A stretch of 64,000 nt of DNA from an uncultured Bacteroidota bacterium. GTDB taxonomy: Bacteria; Bacteroidota; Bacteroidia; Bacteroidales; UBA12481. The notes below the pieces were generated by a model. That model saw nothing but the letters and a program-made list of their open reading frames with translations. It was not told where the DNA came from and did no database searches. Each line of letters opens with the position of its first letter. The first letter of the stretch is position 1. This document shows positions 48,389-56,291 of the stretch, in pieces. The position numbers and the translations under genes are program-made. Location of the stretch: the NCBI GenBank assembly GCA_903851365.1, contig CAINOB010000020.1, forward strand, positions 30,227 to 94,226, read 5' to 3'.

Positions 48389-48489
48389 AGGAGCGAAGAT
48401 ACCTGATAAACCAATGGCAGTCAATATTGCTTAACAACTCGTTAACAATTATTTGATACCCGTTAACTGTGAGGCTTTATTCATTGGCC

Positions 48490-48497
48490 TACATTTG
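48490..48497 (+). promoter_or_regulatory. Candidate Bacteroidota -7 promoter box
   Basis: TACATTTG matches TAnnTTTG, with 25 nt between the box and the DUF1573 gene ATG. Confidence 0.3.
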
Positions 48498-48522
48498 GGA
48501 CATAATTTTAAAACAAAAGAAA

Positions 48523-49092
48523 ATGAAAAAAACAGCTTTATTCATACTGGCAGCTGGAGTCGTAAGTTTTATGGCTCTGCCGGTAAATGCACAAAAGAAA
48601 GTTACCCTTCAGGAAGTTCAGAAAGAGACTCAGAAAACTGAAGCTGCTCAGGCAGTTGCTGCCCCTCCAGCAAATACAGCACAGGCAACACCGGGAAACA
48701 GCAATGCTGCTCAGGCACCAGCTGTTCCGGTTCCATTGACTTGTACCTGGGATGTTACCGACTATGATTTCGGTAAAAATGTTATGCAGTTGAAACCGGC
48801 GAGTGCAACTTTTACCATGAAAAATGCAGGAAAAGATCCAGTTACCATTACCCTGGTTCAGCCAAGTTGCGGATGTACATCTCCGAAATACACTAAGGAA
48901 CCAATTAAACCAGGTGAAAAAGGTGAAGTTGTTTTAACTTATGATGCTAAAATCAGCGGTTTCTTCTCAAAATCAGCTCAGGTAAAATTGAGCGACGGTC
49001 AGAAATATGTATTGACTATTAAAGGCGAAGTTCAGAAGGATGAAGCTACTCCAGCTGCTGCTCCAGCCCAAGTAGCACCTGTTAAAAAATAA
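48523..49092 (+). CDS. DUF1573 domain protein, secreted
   Basis: Signal peptide MKKTALFILAAGVVSFMALPVNAQ, a low-complexity Ala/Gln/Pro linker and the DUF1573 core PSCGCTSPKYTKEPIKPGEKGEVVLTYD. Confidence 0.7.
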   Translation: MKKTALFILAAGVVSFMALPVNAQKKVTLQEVQKETQKTEAAQAVAAPPANTAQATPGNSNAAQAPAVPVPLTCTWDVTDYDFGKNVMQLKPASATFTMKNAGKDPVTITLVQPSCGCTSPKYTKEPIKPGEKGEVVLTYDAKISGFFSKSAQVKLSDGQKYVLTIKGEVQKDEATPAAAPAQVAPVKK

Positions 49093-49143
49093 TATTGATG
49101 GGTCGAAAGACACAGGGATATCAATAGACATCCAATTTAAAAA

Positions 49144-49174
49144 CCCGGCAAGTGAATACCTGCCGGGTTTTTTT
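49144..49174 (+). terminator. Intrinsic terminator after the DUF1573 gene
   Basis: CCCGGCA-agtgaatacc-TGCCGGG followed by TTTTTTT. Confidence 0.7.
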
Positions 49175-49227
49175 ATTTAAATTGTATCTTTATCAAATGA
49201 TGATGTTCTGCTAACCAAATACCTATT

Positions 49228-49926
49228 ATGAAAACCAAATCTTACATTCTCAATCTGGTCTTCTTAGTAATTTTCGTTTTGGAGCTGATAGGAACCATAA
49301 ATGGAAGCAAATGGTTCGATTATCCTGTAAAACCACTCATTCTTATCTGGATAGCAGTATATTTTATCATCATGGCTAAGCCCCGGCCTTACCATTGGCT
49401 GGTAATACTGGCATTTTTCTTTTCATGGGCGGGAGATTTACTTTTAATGTTCGGGTGGAAAAATGAAATGTTCTTTTTTGCAGGTGTAGGTGGATTTTTC
49501 CTATCACAAATAACCTACATTCAAGTCTTCCGAAAATACTCCGTATCAGAGGGGAAAAAGATTTTCGCCCGCAAGCCGATTTGGATCTTACCTTTTGCGA
49601 TATACCTGGTTTCTATATACCTCTATGTTTATCCTCATCTTGAGGGAATCATGAAACCTGTGGTCGCCTTATATGCATGTTCTCTGATTGGCATGTGTGC
49701 CGCGGCATTTAACCGCATCGGGCTTGTGAATTCATCCAGTTTCCAGATTCTGTTCATCGGAGCCATTTTCTTTGTCATTTCTGACAGCCTTTTGGCGATC
49801 AACAAATTCGCAAACCCGATACCCATTTCAGGTTTCCTGGTAATGTCGACCTATATGCTTGCGCAATATCTTATTATGCTTGGGCTTATTCGGAGCAGCA
49901 ATTCGTATCAGGAAAAAACATCTTAG
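49228..49926 (+). CDS. YhhN-family membrane protein (lysoplasmalogenase family)
   Basis: Eight-helix-like hydrophobic profile. The FFFSWAGDLLLMF and FFVISDSLLAINKF motifs are characteristic of YhhN/TMEM86. Confidence 0.7.
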   Translation: MKTKSYILNLVFLVIFVLELIGTINGSKWFDYPVKPLILIWIAVYFIIMAKPRPYHWLVILAFFFSWAGDLLLMFGWKNEMFFFAGVGGFFLSQITYIQVFRKYSVSEGKKIFARKPIWILPFAIYLVSIYLYVYPHLEGIMKPVVALYACSLIGMCAAAFNRIGLVNSSSFQILFIGAIFFVISDSLLAINKFANPIPISGFLVMSTYMLAQYLIMLGLIRSSNSYQEKTS

Positions 49927-49942
49927 GCAGGAATTCCATATT

Positions 49943-52162
49943 ATGTCGTTTGAGTCTGGACATCTCGAAAAGTTCATAGAGGACCATTATAGTCTGAAGG
50001 TCAAATTTTCAGAATTATCAGGTTATCAGGACTTGAACTATCTGGCAAAAACCGAATCCGGGGAAAAGTACATTCTAAAAATAAGTACAGATCAAGAGGA
50101 TCGCGATTTTATCAATACCCAAAATGCAATTCTTTTAAACCTGGCCAAGCAACCGATTGGCAATCTGCTGCCGCATCCGATCCTAAATAAAGCCGGTGAA
50201 TTTATCACGCTGATCACGATAAATGGGATCGTGGCAATTGCAAGATTATTCCCCTTTATTGAAGGGAGTTTTCTGGCAGAATCAATGCCTGATATCGCGT
50301 TTTATGTTGATCTGGGAAGAGCTTTTAGCCAGATCGACCAGCAAATGGCAGGTTTTGAGAATGCCACTTTAAAATGCAGGACCCATGAGTGGGATTTATC
50401 GAGAATTATGGAGGTTGAGGAGGATATCCATCTGATCAGTGATCCGGCTGACCGGCGTGTAGCTCATTATTATCTGATGAAGTACCGCGAAGAAGTGCTA
50501 CCGGTTTACCATAAACTTCCGAGGGCCCTGATTCATGGAGATGGAAATGACTGGAATATCCTGGTTAATAGTATAGGAAAGGTAGCTGGCATTATCGATT
50601 TTGGCGATATGCTTTGGAGCGCCAGGATTAACGAAGTAGCCATTGTGCTTGCTTATGCAATGATGGGCAGATCGGATTACATGGATGTTTATGATGCGGT
50701 TATCAGGGGATATCAGGAGATTTTGCCATTAACAGAATTAGAGCTATCACTATTATATTATCTGGTAGGAGCACGATGGTGCCAGACCCTGGTAATGGCT
50801 GCGCGAAGGACCAAATCTGATACTCCCAATGAATATCATCAGGTAAGCGTAAAAGGTGCGAGCGAAATGTTGCACATCTGGATCAGGGAAAATCCTTTAA
50901 AAAAAGCAGAGGAGGTTAAGATAGTTGAGGAGGTTAACAGGAGGTACCTCTATTTCTCCAAAGCAGTTTCCTTATCCTACAAAGAGCCGATACAAATGAC
51001 CGGTGCCGCTTTGCAATACATGTACAGTTCTGATGGAAAAACCTTTGTGGATTGCGTAAATAACATACCGCATGTAGGGCATTGTCATCCCAAAGTTGTG
51101 GAAGCAGGACAACGGCAGATGAGCCGTTTAAACACGAATACAAGATATTTATACAACAGCCTTGATCGGTATGCAGAGAAATTGCTTTCAAAATTACCCG
51201 ACTCGCTTAATAAAGTATTTTTTGTGAACTCCGGATCTGCAGCAACGGACCTGGCAGTTCGACTGGCGGAGGCTTATACCGGACAAACAGAGTATTTGGT
51301 TCTTGATTATGCTTATCATGGGAATACCAAAGCAGCCATCGGTTTAAGTCCGTATAAATTCAACCGGAAAGGGGGCAAAGGAAAACCGGAAAATGTGACG
51401 ATTTTAAAGGACCTCGCCCAACTTCAGGTACCTCCCCCTAGCCCCCTCCATAGGAAGGAGGGGGAACAAAACCCGCGCACGTTTTTTGCAGAGTCCATTG
51501 TGGGTTGTGCGGGACAGATAATACTGTCGAAAGAGTTTATGCAACAGACAGTTAACAGTGTAAGGGCTTGCGAAGGAATCTATGTGGCTGATGAGGTTCA
51601 AACTGGTTTTGGAAGAGTTGGCCACAAGTTCTGGGGATATGAGTTATATGATGTTATTCCTGATATAGTAATTCTGGGAAAACCTATGGGAAACGGACAC
51701 CCGATGGGAGCAGTGGTCTGCACTGATGCCATAGCCAAGAACTTCGAAACCGGAATGGAATTTTTCAGTTCCTTCGGTGGCAATCCGGTCAGTTGTGAAA
51801 TCGGATTGGCCGTAATGGAGGTTATTGAAGAGGAAGGGTTGCAGGAAAATGCCAGGTTAGTGGGTGATTTTTTACTGCAACAGTTGCCAGTTGGCAGTAA
51901 AGAGTCGGCAGGAGGCAGTAGGCAGTATCATATTGCGGAAGTTCGTGGATCAGGGTTGTTTTTGGGCATCGAATTGATAGAAAACGAGACAGGAAAGCCA
52001 GCAACGGAGGCCGCTGTGAATATTGTAAATAACATGAAAGAAAGAGGCTTCCTGCTGAGCACTGACGGACCATTCAACAATGTGATCAAGTTCAAACCGC
52101 CGATGTGTTTCTCCATGCGGAATGCCGAGGAATTAATAGAAAACCTTGGGCGTTGGATCTAA
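49943..52162 (+). CDS. Fusion protein: APH/hydroxylysine-kinase-like phosphotransferase + class-III PLP aminotransferase-fold (phospho-lyase-like) domain
   Basis: The N-terminal half has kinase motifs LIHGDGNDWNILV and IIDFGDM. The C-terminal half has ADEVQTGFGRVGHKFWGYE and ILGKPMGNGHPMG, which are very close to the AGXT2L1/2-type motifs as I recall them. Confidence 0.8.
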   Translation: MSFESGHLEKFIEDHYSLKVKFSELSGYQDLNYLAKTESGEKYILKISTDQEDRDFINTQNAILLNLAKQPIGNLLPHPILNKAGEFITLITINGIVAIARLFPFIEGSFLAESMPDIAFYVDLGRAFSQIDQQMAGFENATLKCRTHEWDLSRIMEVEEDIHLISDPADRRVAHYYLMKYREEVLPVYHKLPRALIHGDGNDWNILVNSIGKVAGIIDFGDMLWSARINEVAIVLAYAMMGRSDYMDVYDAVIRGYQEILPLTELELSLLYYLVGARWCQTLVMAARRTKSDTPNEYHQVSVKGASEMLHIWIRENPLKKAEEVKIVEEVNRRYLYFSKAVSLSYKEPIQMTGAALQYMYSSDGKTFVDCVNNIPHVGHCHPKVVEAGQRQMSRLNTNTRYLYNSLDRYAEKLLSKLPDSLNKVFFVNSGSAATDLAVRLAEAYTGQTEYLVLDYAYHGNTKAAIGLSPYKFNRKGGKGKPENVTILKDLAQLQVPPPSPLHRKEGEQNPRTFFAESIVGCAGQIILSKEFMQQTVNSVRACEGIYVADEVQTGFGRVGHKFWGYELYDVIPDIVILGKPMGNGHPMGAVVCTDAIAKNFETGMEFFSSFGGNPVSCEIGLAVMEVIEEEGLQENARLVGDFLLQQLPVGSKESAGGSRQYHIAEVRGSGLFLGIELIENETGKPATEAAVNIVNNMKERGFLLSTDGPFNNVIKFKPPMCFSMRNAEELIENLGRWI

Positions 52163-52172
52163 TTCCCGACAC

Positions 52173-55100
52173 CTATTTCTCCACTCTCGTTACGTCCTGG
52201 TCAAAAGTTAATTCGATAATAGTATCAGGCAGGGTGCGGCTTTTGGAATTTGTCCGGATAGTGATTTTGCCAATATTTTCAGTCACATTTACCTCGGCAC
52301 CAGTCAGGCAGCGGCTCGAAACCAGTTTCTGATTCAGTGCAGGAAGCTCAACGATATCCGGGGCTCCATTAAAAAGATGAACAAAAATCTTCTTGCCTTT
52401 GTAGGTACCTCCTCCCCAAGCACCATTTCGGAACGGACCTCCTTCAGTGCCATATATTGATTCACCATACTTTCTGATCCATGCTCCCATCTCGGCTAAC
52501 CGTCCGGCTTGGTCAGCAGGAATGATACCGGTTGCATCGGGACCAACATCCAGTAACAGGTTGCCATCCCCTGTGGCACAACTCACGAGATTACGAATAC
52601 ACTCATCGAAGGGCTTAACTTTACCATCTTTGCGATATGACCAGCCTCCGCCTGGAGCATCAACAACGCACATGCAGGATTCCCAGTTGCGGCTGGTCCG
52701 ATACGACCCAATTGTTTGTTCGGGTGTATCGAAATCGGCTTGCAACGAGGGAACGTACTCGGCAAAAAAACTGCATCGGTTATTGATAATAGCCTGTGGC
52801 TGGAGTCTTCTCACCAGCTCAAGAATCCTATCTGCATGCCAGTATTTAATGGATTCTCCGGTACCAAAACTATCGAACCAAACAACATCTATCGAGCCAT
52901 AATTGGATAACAATTCTGTCAATTGGCCAGTCATATAGGCTTCATATTTACTATTGTCACCAACTCCATAATCGGGATTATGCCAATCGCGCGGTGAATA
53001 ATAAATTCCAAATTTCAGTCCGGCCTCATGACAGGCATCCGAAAGTTCCTTGACCACATCCCGTTTAAATGGGGTATTCATGATGGAATAATCCGAGTAT
53101 TTAGTATTCCACATACTGAATCCGCCGTGGTGCTTTGTAGTAAAAACAACGTATTTCATACCGGCATCTTTAGCAATTTTCACCCATTCTTTTGCATTGA
53201 ATCTGGTTGGGTTAAACTGTTTATACAGGTTATCATACACTGGATCTCCACCTGAACCCGCCGGACCACCCCAGGAGCCGTCGAGCGGTTTTGGTCCGAG
53301 TCTTGACCAGCTGATTTCGGTACCTGCCACACTTGACATATCCCAATGAATAAACATTCCAAAACGAGCGTCGCGCCACCATTGCATGCGGGCCGCGAGT
53401 TTAACCGGAGCACTGGCGCCACTCTCATAACCCTGCTTATTCACTGCTGTTATCCGGTAATATTGAATTCCGGAAAGTGGTTTTCCATCGAATCCGGGAG
53501 CCCCATCAATGAAAGAGTGCATTGATGCAGGCACATAGGTCACGAGGTTTTCCGGCCCGGCTTTAAACTCAGGATCATTACTCCGGTAAATTCTGTACCA
53601 GAAAGCATCCGGCGAAACATTCCAGCTGATTGTACGATTATCTACCCTGATAATAGAAGGCTCCACCAATTTTGGCAGGGTTGAATTTGCAACAGTGATC
53701 AAAGTTTTATTGCCAGAAACGGGCCACCTCATATTACTTTTTCCATCTGAAATCGAAATGTAATATTCGATTAAACCATTGCCAGGGATAATTTGAGAAA
53801 AAATAGCTTTTACCTTCCTGGTCATCGGCATTTTACTCCAGGCCTCTGTTCCAGCCAGGCGCCAAAATAAGACTGCAGAAACGCTGTCAAAATTCTTCGC
53901 ATCAAGCACACGAACAGTTATATCAGCCGGCTGTCCAGCAATCGCCGAAGATGGTGCTGAAATAACAACTGGAAACAGGGGTGATTCTATTAAAACAGGT
54001 TTCCTGACCTTGCTTTCTATAGGCAAATAATTTAGCTGAACAAATCGGTTCTGGCTGCTCATTACATTACCAAGCGATGAAATATCGGTTACCCTATGCG
54101 TAAAATTTCTAGCCCAGGACTGCATAATATCTGGAAGTTCAGCCCACTGCGGATCGCTGAACCGCTCATTCATCAGAATATGATCACATTCAGCAGCAAT
54201 GCGGCATCGCAAATTCTGCAACCTGGTTTTTTGTTCTGGCGTTGCATTTGAAATACACTTATCAATAACTGCAAGTTGTGCCTTGGCTTTCTGATACTCC
54301 GGCATTACCGAAACGGGAGGTTTTTCGAGGAACCGAAGGAATAAATGACGAAGACTGCTCACCGGTTTGATTCGGGCAGTCATATTTATCCATGACTGCC
54401 AGCCCTGTGTGTCGTTTACGGTCAGAGTGCCGACAATTGGTCCTCCGAGGGAATCTGTGCGAAACTCAATGACTCCGCCATGGGAGGCAGAAGATACCCG
54501 CAGGATCAGACTATCAGTTGACTCACCAAAATCTACATTCTCAAATTCCAGCCAACTGCCTTTCCTGATAAACCCGACACACTCCCCACCCTCACTGCAA
54601 GGGGCTTTCTGTGTATCAAATTGGTACACCTCCTTTGAAGCAAACCTGACGGTACCGTTAGCGATGATTGCTTTTATATTCAGAAGATATTCATCTCTGC
54701 CTGCCAGTTTAAATCCAGGTGTTTCCTGACATTCACCGAAGCCTGAAGCAAAGGGCTCATTTTGGTTTATAATCTCCGTGATAGCGTCAGCTGCTGCAGC
54801 TCCATAATTTTCAACTGCATAATCATGGTAAATATCTTTAGAAGCGATGTGAGTCATGTCATTCCATGGAGCCTTGCTCATAAATGACATCTTTGGATCG
54901 ATGGCATCTGTAAGCCTCCACGTCAGGCAGTAAAAGCCCTTCATATTCGGAGCCCTGCTATTCCAGGCCTTTATGGTATTTGACAAGTTCATGTTATAAG
55001 GATAATAATACTCCGAGCTGTTGAAATCACGCTCGAGCCACGGACATCCCCAATATTCACGATCCCCATAGATTGCGCCGGTTTCACAACCGTCAGAATA

Positions 55101-56261
55101 AGCTGAAATCGGAGCACAAATTACATCCGAAGGTAAAGTGGCAGTATTTTTGGGATTGATACCCCAACCTGCCACAGCCAGTCGGGTTTTTGGGGATTTT
55201 GTTTTCATCCCTGCATAAAAGCCATCAAAAACACGGCGCCATTTTTTCCAGAGTTCAGTATTGGCAGCAATTCCTTCAGACTGGAAACAAAGCAGGTAAT
55301 CCAAATCGGGATAATTCGATGTAACCTCTTGCACTTGAGCTGCAATTACTTTGGGATCATCAGATTCAGTTTTATACTCCGGTAGGATCAGATCTACATC
55401 CAAACCAAGACCTATCCTGATTCCCCGCTGATGTGCATATTCAATCACACGCTGGAACATGCTTACTCCTTTGCGGTAAACTTGTTCATTTGTCAGGGTT
55501 TCGTTATGGAGGGCACAGTCAGCACCGAAATCGTAATCTCCAAACAAATCCGAAGCGCCAAACCTATATTCATTCACATCCCAACCCGGGCAAGCCCAGC
55601 CATGACCGGATCTGGCAGTTGCCATCCAAACCCTGGATAGGATTCCATTAACCGAGAAATTGTGGTACATCTCATTGTGACCGGCCTCCCCATTATAATT
55701 ATGGATATGCAAAAAGTTCAGACGCATTTTTGCCATCTGATCTAAAATGAATTTCCAGTCGTCCCAGGAATAGGAAGTAGCCGATTGAGGAAAGTTGGTC
55801 CAAGGGAGGAATCCGCGAATCGCGACTGCCGGAGTCTTAAATTCATCCAGTTTTTCTGGCATGAGCGGCTGTTTTTTATCAGGAAGGACCTCTCCCCCCA
55901 GGTAAAACGCAATCCCATAATGATCTTCCAGCAGTCCATAAACACCATAGAGGACCCCTTCGGGATCGGATCCAGCAATAACGACATTGTCCCCTACCCT
56001 TTTTAAAACATAGCCCTGCGGACCAGCCTTTCCTGATACCTGCTGTAGAATAAAACTCCCGGGCTTGACCTTGGTAGCATCGGTTTGTATGACCAGCTTT
56101 TCTCCTGTGACCTGAAAGAGGTATCGCTGAAGTTCAAGGGCGGCATATTTTTCGATAGGTGCAGCATTTCCCGGAAGCACGATACCACCGGTTAGCTTTT
56201 GGGCATTAGAAGGTAATATGGCGAAAAAAATTATGGAGCAGAGCAAGATTAAAGCTTTCAT
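52173..56261 (-). CDS. 1362-aa secreted multidomain glycosidase: N-terminal DUF4838-like/TIM-barrel region, CBM6-like module, FN3-like module, C-terminal GH29 alpha-L-fucosidase
   Basis: Signal peptide. The N-terminus GGIVLPGNAAPIEKYAALELQRYLFQVTG is as in DUF4838/GH20b-type proteins. The CBM6-like stretch is GSWLEFENVDFGESTDSLILRVSS. GH29 motifs are WWRDARFGMFIHWD and KHHGGFSMWNT. Confidence 0.75.
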   Translation of the reverse strand: MKALILLCSIIFFAILPSNAQKLTGGIVLPGNAAPIEKYAALELQRYLFQVTGEKLVIQTDATKVKPGSFILQQVSGKAGPQGYVLKRVGDNVVIAGSDPEGVLYGVYGLLEDHYGIAFYLGGEVLPDKKQPLMPEKLDEFKTPAVAIRGFLPWTNFPQSATSYSWDDWKFILDQMAKMRLNFLHIHNYNGEAGHNEMYHNFSVNGILSRVWMATARSGHGWACPGWDVNEYRFGASDLFGDYDFGADCALHNETLTNEQVYRKGVSMFQRVIEYAHQRGIRIGLGLDVDLILPEYKTESDDPKVIAAQVQEVTSNYPDLDYLLCFQSEGIAANTELWKKWRRVFDGFYAGMKTKSPKTRLAVAGWGINPKNTATLPSDVICAPISAYSDGCETGAIYGDREYWGCPWLERDFNSSEYYYPYNMNLSNTIKAWNSRAPNMKGFYCLTWRLTDAIDPKMSFMSKAPWNDMTHIASKDIYHDYAVENYGAAAADAITEIINQNEPFASGFGECQETPGFKLAGRDEYLLNIKAIIANGTVRFASKEVYQFDTQKAPCSEGGECVGFIRKGSWLEFENVDFGESTDSLILRVSSASHGGVIEFRTDSLGGPIVGTLTVNDTQGWQSWINMTARIKPVSSLRHLFLRFLEKPPVSVMPEYQKAKAQLAVIDKCISNATPEQKTRLQNLRCRIAAECDHILMNERFSDPQWAELPDIMQSWARNFTHRVTDISSLGNVMSSQNRFVQLNYLPIESKVRKPVLIESPLFPVVISAPSSAIAGQPADITVRVLDAKNFDSVSAVLFWRLAGTEAWSKMPMTRKVKAIFSQIIPGNGLIEYYISISDGKSNMRWPVSGNKTLITVANSTLPKLVEPSIIRVDNRTISWNVSPDAFWYRIYRSNDPEFKAGPENLVTYVPASMHSFIDGAPGFDGKPLSGIQYYRITAVNKQGYESGASAPVKLAARMQWWRDARFGMFIHWDMSSVAGTEISWSRLGPKPLDGSWGGPAGSGGDPVYDNLYKQFNPTRFNAKEWVKIAKDAGMKYVVFTTKHHGGFSMWNTKYSDYSIMNTPFKRDVVKELSDACHEAGLKFGIYYSPRDWHNPDYGVGDNSKYEAYMTGQLTELLSNYGSIDVVWFDSFGTGESIKYWHADRILELVRRLQPQAIINNRCSFFAEYVPSLQADFDTPEQTIGSYRTSRNWESCMCVVDAPGGGWSYRKDGKVKPFDECIRNLVSCATGDGNLLLDVGPDATGIIPADQAGRLAEMGAWIRKYGESIYGTEGGPFRNGAWGGGTYKGKKIFVHLFNGAPDIVELPALNQKLVSSRCLTGAEVNVTENIGKITIRTNSKSRTLPDTIIELTFDQDVTRVEK

Positions 56262-56291
56262 GATGAGGATTTTAGGTATTCAATTACCATT

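Noticed and set aside
48480-48500. Sigma-54 -24/-12 promoter search (TGGCAC-N5-TTGC), including TTGGCCTACATTTGG upstream of the DUF1573 gene and TGGCAC occurrences at about 12845, 41905 and 46288.
   Set aside because: The intergenic candidate has wrong spacing and a wrong -12 element. The exact TGGCAC hits are intragenic and lack a TTGC at the right distance.
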